64,000 bases of DNA from Eukaryota sp. TZLM1-RC. Taxonomy: Eukaryota > Protista > Metamonada: BaSk clade. Of this stretch, positions 24,273-34,030 are shown piece by piece. The DNA lies in contig JAUPSS010000001.1 of assembly GCA_040285825.1 (NCBI GenBank), positions 3,844,001 to 3,908,000 of the forward strand, read 5' to 3'. Below the pieces are notes generated by a model that saw only the letters and a program-made list of their open reading frames with translations, was not told the DNA's origin and did no database searches. Position 1 is the stretch's first letter, and every line of letters starts with the position of its first letter. The translations under genes were made by a program, and so were the position numbers.

Positions 24273-25154
24273 CTATTCATGATCATACTTTGAATACAGC
24301 TGGTAAAGTGCATAAACACTTACCGCCAACCCTAAATGCCAAACAGCATGGCCTTGAAACCAAGAATGTGGGTAACAAAGAAAATCGCTTCTGTCAAGAT
24401 TCCAAATAAGGAAAGAAGCAGCAAAACAAGAAGCTGCCAAAAGATAATAATTTGAAATTCTCTTTTTTTCAATGGCACAATTGATAGGCTCAATAATGAA
24501 AACAATACCTATATTGATTCCAATCATTACCCAAGTTAATTTCCCCCATCGTTCAACTATAATTACTGCAATAGAAATAGCAATAAAAGCAGGATAAAAA
24601 ACAATAGCAAATATTAAATGAACATTAGACTTTTTCTTTAATTTTTGGCTGAAAAGATTAAACATTCTGCTTAATGTAAATATAGCTAAATAAACCCCAA
24701 TAAAATGCATTCCGGCACCATCTAAGCGTTCACCCCATAGAGTTAAAGTAGCATGGTAGAGATAAGAGCCAATTCCTAAAAGAATAGAAATAATTGACAT
24801 CATGAGCATATTCAAGAGTTGAAGACTAATAGAACAATCTTGGCTTAGACAACGAGTAATGTCGAACAGCATCCATGTACCAGCATAAGTAAAACCTAGA
24901 CTTGACCAAGCATTGGAACGTTGACGGCAGAAGGAATCTCTATTGTCAAACTCACAAAAGCAAGTGTTGGTACGGGTACAACCAGCTTGTGCATAACCTT
25001 CGTCCCAGCGAATGTCACTGAAAGCATGACCATAGAGAAAGAAGAGGGAGACGGCAATAACAATGGAGAGAAGTGTCCATTGGGTTATCTTGTAGAGCAA
25101 AGGAATGGATAGTTCTGGTTTACCAGAGTCTAGTGAAAGGTTAGGTGCGTGCAT
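24273..25154 (-). CDS. Ceramidase-like CREST-superfamily multi-TM hydrolase, copy 2
   Basis: Identical to copy 1 except one L>I change. Confidence 0.85.
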   Translation of the reverse strand: MHAPNLSLDSGKPELSIPLLYKITQWTLLSIVIAVSLFFLYGHAFSDIRWDEGYAQAGCTRTNTCFCEFDNRDSFCRQRSNAWSSLGFTYAGTWMLFDITRCLSQDCSISLQLLNMLMMSIISILLGIGSYLYHATLTLWGERLDGAGMHFIGVYLAIFTLSRMFNLFSQKLKKKSNVHLIFAIVFYPAFIAISIAVIIVERWGKLTWVMIGINIGIVFIIEPINCAIEKKRISNYYLLAASCFAASFLIWNLDRSDFLCYPHSWFQGHAVWHLGLAVSVYALYQLYSKYDHE

Positions 25155-25460
25155 GTAAAATGGAAAATAAAGAATTTCATGTGCACATTGTATTTAAGGG
25201 AAGTGCAGAGTTGGAAAGTGTATCTCGACGGACAGGTACACTGTAGTAATAGACACAACTAAGAGTTAGATGTCACAAAATCAGATCTAGAAGTATGAAG
25301 ATGTTTAGCATCTACTGAAGCCTAGCAGCTGATTCACGAGCAGACGGAGACCTAGCACATGTCTTGTGTAATGGTACAACACCGTAGAGCAGTTGGATCG
25401 TTGAAGATCTTATAGAGATGTTGAATTAATTTAAAGTGTTGAATCAATTTTCTTGTCCTT

Positions 25461-26087
25461 ATGCAACATCTCCTACCACTCCTCACTTTAATAGTTCTTG
25501 TTCTCTCTGCAAAAAAATGTCCTCCAGGTAACAGTGGTCAAGGAGGTTGGATGTATGATAATCAAATCTGTGAAGATGGGATCATTTGTGAAAACACCGA
25601 AGCTGTTTGTCTTGCTGGAGACATTGGTTCCGGTGGGTGTTATGACCCTGTTACCACACAATGCCTTAACGGTACTGTTTGTGCATTTGGGGAAAGCGTC
25701 TGTCCTCGTAAGCCAGGTGAAATTGGAATTTGTTATCTACCAGAAATCAGCTGGTGTCCTCCTCAATCAGAGGGAGTTTTATGTAGAGTAGACGAGGAAT
25801 GGTGTCCAAGTGCAATCAATGGTCCTGGTGGTTGTTACGACCCACAGTATGCTTTTTGCGCTAATGGTGACATTTGTGGTCATGGACAAGTACTGTGTCC
25901 AGCAGGAAGAGGAGGTCAAGGCAGATGTATTTTCCCAATGGCTGAAGAATGTCACGAAGGAATGGTCTGCGAACTTGGCCAGGCTCCATGTTTCCCCGGA
26001 AAACTTGGAATGGGTGGTTGTTTCAATCGCGAGCAGGCTACCTGTAATGCTGGGTTGATTGAGGATGTTATGACTGAAGAGCTGTAG
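25461..26087 (+). CDS. Secreted Cys/Gly-rich repeat protein
   Basis: Signal peptide plus six ~31-aa repeats CPxGxxGxGGCYxPxxxxCxxGxxCxxGE. Confidence 0.75.
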   Translation: MQHLLPLLTLIVLVLSAKKCPPGNSGQGGWMYDNQICEDGIICENTEAVCLAGDIGSGGCYDPVTTQCLNGTVCAFGESVCPRKPGEIGICYLPEISWCPPQSEGVLCRVDEEWCPSAINGPGGCYDPQYAFCANGDICGHGQVLCPAGRGGQGRCIFPMAEECHEGMVCELGQAPCFPGKLGMGGCFNREQATCNAGLIEDVMTEEL

Positions 26088-26532
26088 TAGTTTTATTAGT
26101 TGTATGTAAATCTGTATGCATTAGTGTCTTTATTGATGTAGTATTGCTCAACTCTCTTTTGAGATTACTTATCTGGTGGAATCCTTTATTGTAAGTCTCA
26201 TTTACATCAAATATTCTTTATTACACTTTGGGTCGATACCAATATTTAAATTTTTTTTCTTCATTTACATTTTCATTATACGACAATCATTACTCCCGTA
26301 ACGGATGAGATCATTAAATGTTGTTGAATTCTAAACAAAATGAACTAAGTTCCAATTTGACAAGATTTATAATCAAGATCTCTAGGCACAAACTGCAAGG
26401 ATATCGTGTATCAAAGAGCCCTTGCTGAAGGAAACACTTTCTCTGAATAATTTTGGTTCTAATGATAGAGGTGATGTATACTGTGATTGGATTGATAATT
26501 CTGAAGCTATTGATGACTTTGTCTCATGTAAT

Positions 26533-27636
26533 TGATGCCGTTAGGCAGATGAACACACGAAGGAGAGAGAGAAATCTGTTGTTTATTAATAAAACTGATT
26601 CATAAATGAGTATCACGTCATCAGTCGAAATACAAAGAAACCTACTAATTCAATTTGAGTTCAACAACAACACTACTTTTTCCCACTTTTCTGAGGACAA
26701 ATACAGTATTGGCTCAATAGAGGGAAGATATGGGGTTTGTTAAACTCTTTGGTGCATCGTTTGTGTGACACAAATAATTTACCTCATGTTTTGATTTTAG
26801 ATGGACAATCGCGGGAGATGTGTCCAGGCTTGTGGCACTTGAAGCACGATTGATTTTTTAAATCCTGAGTGCGCCAAGAGGACCTCGTTTTAGTGCCAGC
26901 CGTACGTTCCACATCATTCACTGAGGTTTTGAAACCACGAGTCCATGAAGCAACCCTAGAGCAGTCCAACAGCTCATCAGTAGTGGTTTCGACAAGAGAG
27001 TGAAGATCTGGGAATACATCATCTCGAATTCTCGCTAGTAGAGAACGTTGAAGACCTACGGGAAGAATTCCTCTGGTAAATCGATTCAGAAAAGCTGTGT
27101 CTGGTAACTTCAGTCCGGAAGCCCTACTCTTTACCTGGAGGAAACGTCGCAGGTAACAGGACATACGTTCTCGGACGTCACCAATACGGACATCAAGCTT
27201 CAGTTCTGACATAGCCAGACTAAAATCTTCGTACATGGCGAACGATACGACAGATTGAAGATGTCTAAGAAGAACATCGTCACTGGAAGAGACGTCGGAT
27301 TTCTGGAGAGATAGGGACTCTAACAGAAAAGAATCGACCAAGAGTCTTGCTGGAACAAGCTCTTTCTTAGAAGTCACAGAAGAATAGATCTTCCACTCTT
27401 GTAGGAACAAGAGAACACTTTCAACTTTCATGGAAGAAAGAGACGGGAGGTTGACAGAAGGAACAGTCATCTGAAATAAGAAGGGCCAATAATTATTGAT
27501 GCCGTTAGGCAGATGAACACACGAAGGAGAGAGAGAAATCTGTTGTTTATTAATAAAACTGATTCATAAATGAGTATCACGTCATCAGTCGAAATACAAA
27601 GAAACCTACTAATTCAATTTGAGTTCAACAACAACA
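26533..27636 (-). mobile_element. Gag-only miniature LTR retroelement, intact; identical 140-bp LTRs (26533-26672, 27497-27636)
   Basis: TG..CA LTRs, TSD TAAT, PPT gaaaagtgggaaaaagtag, single ORF, no pol. Confidence 0.95.
26784..27470 (-). CDS. Retrotransposon Gag-like protein with CCHC zinc knuckle (228 aa)
   Basis: CFKCHKPGHISRDC knuckle; MHR-like segment ERMSCYLRRF; lies between LTRs. Confidence 0.85.
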   Translation of the reverse strand: MTVPSVNLPSLSSMKVESVLLFLQEWKIYSSVTSKKELVPARLLVDSFLLESLSLQKSDVSSSDDVLLRHLQSVVSFAMYEDFSLAMSELKLDVRIGDVRERMSCYLRRFLQVKSRASGLKLPDTAFLNRFTRGILPVGLQRSLLARIRDDVFPDLHSLVETTTDELLDCSRVASWTRGFKTSVNDVERTAGTKTRSSWRTQDLKNQSCFKCHKPGHISRDCPSKIKT

Positions 27637-28339
27637 TAATGTTGCAAATGATACTTTGGTTCACAGAAGACAACTTAATCCTGTGACTGCTCTGGATTTT
27701 AAAGCAAAAGAGAAACATAGAAAATATGATAAAGATATTGAAGAGGCTAATGTCGATAGAAATACGCAGCTGGTTTTTATTGCTTTCCCATTTTCGATAA
27801 ATGGAAGATTATCAGTTGAAGCAGAAACTTTTTTGAATGACTTCCAAAAAATGGTGCAAGAAAAAACAATGAAAAGATTTGATATATTTTTATGGCGTTC
27901 ACGGATTCAATTTGCCATTATTAATAGATTACCACGGTTTTTCAATCGAATAAGAGAAGCTTTAGCTAGACAGCAAGCAGATCAAGATTTTGTAGAGGAA
28001 ATCTTGGTTCAATGATAGTCGTCCCATTAGTATTGAGTTAATTTAATTAAGTGTGCAAATTCAATAAATACAATCAACATCTCTGCTAAATTCTGAATTG
28101 AAGTTAAAACACTTCTTACTTTTCATGGTTGTTGGTGCTTTTACACAAACGCAAAACCAATAGAGATAACTTGTCTATTGTTACTGAAGGAAGCGACAAT
28201 CATTTCTAATCTATGTTGCTTATTTCCAGTTGTTTTGCATTAAGGTCGTGTGGTTTAAAATGAAGCGACATTCTTGTATTTACCGAATTGGTCTACCCAC
28301 AGAGAGCACATGTTGATGAAGTTTCAACAGTGCACCTAA

Positions 28340-28860
28340 GACATAAACAAAGAATTATTTTAATTACCCCTGGGTCTAATGGTGCGATCAAAGTTAATGA
28401 TGTTGTCAGTGTTGATTTTTGTAAAGAATCAGCAATTGAGTTTGCTCAAAAAATGAAACTCCACTCTGCTTTGGTGAAAAGAGCAAAATCGAAAAGTACA
28501 AAGAGTCCTTACCTCAGCTAGGACGTGTTGAGCATGTAAAGTATCAGCTGGTTCCATTTGCTGTTTCTCTTTTTGGTAACATTGGAATATCTGGCATTAA
28601 ATTTCTCGAAGGTTTCCGAAGTTATATAAACGAAAGAGCAGGAAAAGACTTGAACTTCAATTTTTGGCACAATAGAATTATTTTTAGAACACTTAAAGCA
28701 ATTCCCCAAATGATAACTGAAGCACTGTTACAATTGGGAATGGAGTATGAAAATCGTGCTTAAGTGATTTGATGATGTTGATACTTGTTGTGAGGATATT
28801 GAATTCTGGTTCTTTGTTGAGTTGTTTTGTTTGCGTTTGAAAATAGAATTTTTTTAGGTT
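28340..28860 (+). mobile_element. Decayed CRE family A-like 3' fragment
   Basis: DVVSVDFCK, LGRVEHVKYQLVPFAVSLFGNIG, EDIEF in broken frames. Confidence 0.65.
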
Positions 28861-28899
28861 AAGAATTGCATTTTGAGTGAAATTCACAGACTGTGTTAA

Positions 28900-29720
28900 A
28901 GATGCATCTATAAATATTCTCAACAAGTGGGAAAGTGGAAGCAGAAATCGTGTACCATATAGAAGTTTATTGTACGATGAAATGGCTTTGATTGCAACTA
29001 TTTTAGACCCTAGGATTAAAAACAATCCAAGTCTGTAACAAGTGGAATTTCAAAAAGTTGATGCTGATTTCAGTCAACTGAATAGAATGATTCAATCAGT
29101 GACTACAATTTGACCAATGTAGAAACTGGAACGAAACAAACAGTAAGGAAAGAGGGATTGTTCAATAAAGTCGCTGCCAAGAAATCCAATGTAACCAATC
29201 TCCATGTAGAAAATGAGCTGAAAGCTTATCTCAAGGAACGTATTGTGGATTATGAAACTGATCCCTATCTGTGGTGGAAGAATGTGAAAAGGTATCCAAG
29301 CTTGGCAAAGATTGCAAAAGATTATCTTGTTGTACAACCCAGTTCCTCAATCATCAAGGGAGCGCCTCTTTTCAGCCGCTAGTCAAATAATCAGCAAAAA
29401 GAGAGCCCGTTTAAATGAAGACACTGCAAGATGCTTGTTATGTTTAAGGTCATGTTATAAAAAACAACACATTATGGTTGACAAATAGATTAAATCCAGG
29501 TTAGTAGATTTTAGTTTATTTGTTGGATTTGTTTCAAATACAATATGATTCTTATTATTACTATTATTCTTATTATTATTTGAAATAACATAATATGTGA
29601 AGAGAACATTGTCCATGATGATGTTGAACAAGATTTGTGTCACTGGATGTAAGAATGAGTCGAGTCGAGTCAGATAAGTTTGACTCGAGTCAACTAACCT
29701 CGACTCAAATCGCAGTGCAT
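28900..29720 (+). mobile_element. hAT transposon 3' remnant (dimerization domain + subterminal repeats)
   Basis: ATILDPR, ELKAYL..DPYLWWK..YPSLAKIAKDYL, ERLFS..RARL; GAGTC repeats at 29657-29706. Confidence 0.8.
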
Positions 29721-29768
29721 TGAAAAAAGGATTTGCTTCTCAACTCAACCCCTCCACATCAGTAAAAA

Positions 29769-31139
29769 ATGGACACCAAATCAAAATCTCAACAATGTGC
29801 AGAAGAGCTAGCTGCACTCTTCTCTCCTGGATTCACATCCACTTCTCTTCTTCAAGTGATAGAACAGGGTGCTTTATCCAAGTGCTCGGTTAGATCTGTT
29901 GTGTGGATGTACTTTCTTGAAGTTTTCTCTCATCCTGATTCTCCTGAAAAATGGAATCTTGATGCAGCCCGGGACGATTACTATACTCAACGGCGAACTA
30001 TAATAGTCAAAGACCCATCTCTTGACGCTGGAGATCCCTTATCCACATCTCCAGACTGTGAGGGTCTCTGGGAGAAACACTTCCGCAACCAGCGCATTCT
30101 TTCTCTCATCAGGAAGGATCTCAACAGACTACACTTCACTAATGACATTCTTGAACGGCCAGAAGTAAAGGAAGCTTTGGAAGAGATCTTACTTCTCTTT
30201 GCAATCTCCACTTCTGATGATCTCGAATCTGAGCATTGTAACTATCGTCAAGGAATGCATGAGCTCGTCGCCTGTCTTTTGTGGGTTCGTTTTGATAATG
30301 CAGTCAATGAAGGAAGCGACTGGAAGGGTTCCAAAGATAGACCTATATCTTCACAACACTGGGCACCCATCGCTAGTCATTTATTAGATATCAACCATTT
30401 TGCTGCTGATGCGTATCTCATGTTTTCCAAACTTATGGAGTACATGCTTCCATGGTTCATTAATTCAAAAGAAACTACTAGCTCATCGGATGATTTTCTC
30501 AACCTTGATCCACTTGAAGTGCTCAAGAATAGCAAGAAGAAAGAAGAAATTGGTGGTGCCGTCAACTCTGCAGCCATGCAAACAATGTCCGTTTTGGGAA
30601 AGCGAAACCCTGCAATTGTCGCTCATTTAGAGCAATCTGATATACCACCACACCTCTTTTTAATCCCTTGGCTGAGACTGTTGTTTTTGCGACAATTTCA
30701 CCTACAAGATTGTCTTAAACTATGGGATGTCATTATTGCTTATACGCCCATTGTTATAGTTCCTTACATTGCTTCGGCCATGATTGAGTACCTCTCTGCT
30801 GATCTTATTGCGATGGGTTATAATCAAATTTTGAGAAGATTAATGTCATTTCCTCCTGTGGAAGATCCTTTCACATTTGCTTTGCATGCCTTGGACGTAC
30901 GGTTTCCTAATCGAGCTTGTAAAAAGAAGCTGAAAAAACCTGTTGAGCCTGTTAGCGCAGTGCCAGTGGTGATACCTAAGCAACAGCAGCAGCCTTCCTC
31001 CAAGGTTAAACGTCTTGATTCATGTTTATTTTACCTCATTGAAACTGTTGCGGGCTCCGAGGATGGTAGGGTTGCCGTTGAAAATGTCCAGAAGGTCATT
31101 GACGAGTTGAGGTTATTGAGGGATGAATTGGCTCGATAG
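29769..31139 (+). CDS. TBC-domain Rab GAP, TBC1D5-like
   Basis: RSVVW, DPLS, IRKDLNR, YRQGMHEL, WLRLLF.RQF, LWD. Confidence 0.9.
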   Translation: MDTKSKSQQCAEELAALFSPGFTSTSLLQVIEQGALSKCSVRSVVWMYFLEVFSHPDSPEKWNLDAARDDYYTQRRTIIVKDPSLDAGDPLSTSPDCEGLWEKHFRNQRILSLIRKDLNRLHFTNDILERPEVKEALEEILLLFAISTSDDLESEHCNYRQGMHELVACLLWVRFDNAVNEGSDWKGSKDRPISSQHWAPIASHLLDINHFAADAYLMFSKLMEYMLPWFINSKETTSSSDDFLNLDPLEVLKNSKKKEEIGGAVNSAAMQTMSVLGKRNPAIVAHLEQSDIPPHLFLIPWLRLLFLRQFHLQDCLKLWDVIIAYTPIVIVPYIASAMIEYLSADLIAMGYNQILRRLMSFPPVEDPFTFALHALDVRFPNRACKKKLKKPVEPVSAVPVVIPKQQQQPSSKVKRLDSCLFYLIETVAGSEDGRVAVENVQKVIDELRLLRDELAR

Positions 31140-31825
31140 TTTGTATATTGTTTTATTTATAAAGTTATTTTGACCATGTTTAGTTTAAATCAATGCTCTT
31201 TGCTGCAGTACCAAGTGTGGAAGATTGATTTTACATATTATTTGGCATTTGACTAAGAACTCTCGCACATTGAATGGGGGAATGGATGTCCAACCTAATG
31301 AAACCACGTATTTTGCATGGTTTGTTTTGTGCTTTAATTGTTTAGACTTAATATTCACTGATTTAAAACAGTCCAATCTGCTTTAAGCAGATTGGTAGTT
31401 GTTTCCAGTGAAAAACTCAAAAAAGAAATGGAATCCAAAGATATCAACAAGATCTACTCAGATACATGCTCCTGCTCGCTGACATGATTGCCTGATACAT
31501 ATGTTGAGGATACACCGACGATTGTGAAAGTTAATACATGCATCAAAACAGGGATCTATCCAAGAAGAAGACAACAAGTAGCAACGAATGCGACACACTT
31601 CAATAGTAGGACTGTATTCAATTATCCTCAAATCTTATCTACATTCTGAGCACCGGTCTAGATATTGAGGAGAAAAGGACGTATAAACACAACCAGAAGA
31701 GAAGAGTAAAATAAGGCAAAGTGCAGTGATTCTCATTGAATAATAGTGAGAGTACAAACTATAATATAATAAGGTTTAAGAATACGATCTTTATTAGACA
31801 ATAGACATAAACATGGAAGAATTTA

Positions 31826-32110
31826 CTAACAGAATCCATAGCGGTTACAAACTTCATTGATACAAGCGGTTAATGAACATCTTCCTGCTAACAAGTTATA
31901 ACAAGCACTTAGGCACGCCCTGTGGTAATTTGAGTGGAGAACATTGCATCGAAGACCACACCACTCCCAATTAAGAGCATGTTGGATTGTGCGAAGATCA
32001 GTTCTACATTTTGAACATCTGGAATTGCTCTCCTCTACAGAAGGAGAAGCAGAAGCAGAAGCAAAGTACAACACTGATGCCAAACACAAGAGGATGATTA
32101 GGTGACGCAT
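31826..32110 (-). CDS. Small secreted saposin-like (SAPLIP) protein
   Basis: Signal peptide; CxxC near the mature N-terminus, terminal VCxxxGFC, extra Cys pairs. Confidence 0.6.
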   Translation of the reverse strand: MRHLIILLCLASVLYFASASASPSVEESNSRCSKCRTDLRTIQHALNWEWCGLRCNVLHSNYHRACLSACYNLLAGRCSLTACINEVCNRYGFC

Positions 32111-32179
32111 GAATCTAGTAATCGTAATGGGAAAATCAAGTCAAATCAAAGAGATTCTTTTCAGTCAGGGTCAGGAATT

Positions 32180-32630
32180 CATGGAATAATCCAAGAATGC
32201 TAAAGATTCATTGCAGTAAAACTATAACTTAAGACAAATATGAAGGACTGTCACCAACACTATCCTCTACAAAAAAATCTACAATTGCCTTGATGTTGGT
32301 ACATGCTAACTTGTTACGATTCCACACCTATATCCTTTCCATCTCATTCTTCTCTACACAATTCAGTTCGACATCTTAACAAAGCATGACATTTCGCAGT
32401 AGGGCATCTCTCTCTCATCCAGGGCCCAGGATTCTCAACATCAAGAAATACATTTACTGGGTTACAACAATTTGGACACTTTGAAGATGTATTTCTCTCA
32501 TCTACCAAACATACTGTGTAACCATTTCTCTTAAAGTAATTTCTCCATTCAACTCCTCTACTTGATCGATGGTGCTTTAAATTCTGTCTCTTATTGCCAT
32601 TGTCACCAAACATTAGGATTACACCAAATA
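32180..32630 (-). pseudogene. Fanzor1 C-terminal fragment (RuvC-II, zinc finger, RuvC-III) with conserved 3' tail
   Basis: FGD..RGVEWRNYFKRNGYTVCLVDERNTSSKCPNC..HALLRC..C then, frameshifted, VWNRNKLACTNI..PSYLS stop at 32229-32231. Confidence 0.85.
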
Positions 32631-32831
32631 TTCATAGTGTCTTCTTGCTTTCAATTGATATCAGTTTACAATTAATAAAACACATTGTTGACTATTATTA
32701 TCATTCATTATGTTATCAGTAATTTTGAAGACTTTTTAAATGAGAAAAATATAGCAATTGTTGAGATGGCTAATGATGATTATGAGGATCTTACACATTA
32801 TTTCGATTCAACAATTTATTATTTACAAAAA

Positions 32832-33216
32832 AATGGTTGGTGGTAATTTCAATTCAATTATTAACAATATTCATAATTCCCAATACTTCATACATCCAGA
32901 AATTATTAAAAAAGAGACAAAACAAATATCATCACTATTGATAAGTAAAAATTTAATAAATTTAAATCAAGAACGTGTTCATAAAACAATTGATGACTCA
33001 GTTGTTTTATATGAAACAACAAAAACATTATCGGTTCATAAAGAGCAATACGAAAATTATGTTTCAGAAAAAAACTTACAAAACGAATTACGACAATTAC
33101 AAAAAATAGAGACACGACCCCAAATGATTGGTGAATTATCTGAGATGATACAGAAAGAAAACCAAAGACAACAAAATATAGAAAACTTGTATACATTTGT
33201 ACAATTACTTAAATAA
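32832..33216 (+). CDS. Hypothetical protein in virus-like island
   Basis: Very AT-rich ORF, coiled-coil-like C-terminus. Confidence 0.4.
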
Positions 33217-33350
33217 TTCAGTATTTATGAATATTTGGAGTTGATTGACTATTAACAACATAATGTTTTCACCAGATAAAATTTTAAATTTTAATTAATA
33301 ATTAAATCAAAATATTTGACAATTCACATAACCATAAAATCAAAAAAAAT

Positions 33351-33521
33351 TTATTTATGTACATCACAAGTTTCAAATAAAGCACACATTTCACAAATTT
33401 CTAAAGGATTGGTATCAAATAAAACATCCTTTTCATCAACACTCCAGTTGGATACTTGAACAAGACCACGTCGAACAATTGGTGAGGGATTAGAAACAGG
33501 CAACTGATTAGATAAAGTCAT
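33351..33521 (-). CDS. 56-aa ORF with CxxCxxxxxCxxH motif, absent from the ORF track
   Basis: MTLSNQLPVSNPSPIVRRGLVQVSNWSVDEKDVLFDTNPLEICEMCALFETCDVHK. Confidence 0.4.
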   Translation of the reverse strand: MTLSNQLPVSNPSPIVRRGLVQVSNWSVDEKDVLFDTNPLEICEMCALFETCDVHK

Positions 33522-33584
33522 TGTGAATTGATTTTAAATGTTTTTTTTTTCATTTTTTTCATTAATCATTTTTTTAAAAAAAAA

Positions 33585-34030
33585 TCACAAGTCTTTTAAT
33601 GTGTCAGTGCTACGAAATTTTCTCCATAACAAACGTATATATAAACAAATCAACAACCATAAATTCCAAACAAACTCAGTGATTAACACGAAGTATACCA
33701 AAAGAGTGATAAGAGTGTTTTCCTGTGTCAACAATTTATTTCCACCAAAATCATCGGCTGCTATCCCATTAATAGTATCAACACAAATAGATGAAATTGT
33801 TTGTTGAGTTAAAACATCTTTACGGATGAATTTCTCAAATTGTATTCCATTAATTAAATTCAAATCAATTTCATCAAATGTTTGTTTTTCTGTAAACGTG
33901 TTTTCTACATTTACTTTAACCAATTTCTCAAATTCAGTTTCAGTAAATTTAGTATCACCAATTGTAATAGAATTGAATTCAACATCATCCATATACTGCA
34001 CAATATCTGAAATTTTTACATTTCGAAAAA
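33585..34030 (-). CDS. 5'-truncated hypothetical membrane protein in virus-like island
   Basis: Open frame with C-terminal hydrophobic helix; abuts the oppositely oriented ORF. Confidence 0.4.

Larger units (their letters stand above)
21427..25226. repeat. Large inverted repeat: arms 21427-23074 and 23575-25226 (about 99% identical), 500-bp unique spacer
   Basis: Arms are reverse complements with scattered substitutions and small indels. Confidence 0.95.
26300..28070 (+). mobile_element. CRE non-LTR family B 3' fragment interrupted by an LTR element; left boundary approximate
   Basis: RGDVYCDW..DFVSCN before and VANDTLVHRR after the insertion reconstruct the RLE domain. Confidence 0.75.
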
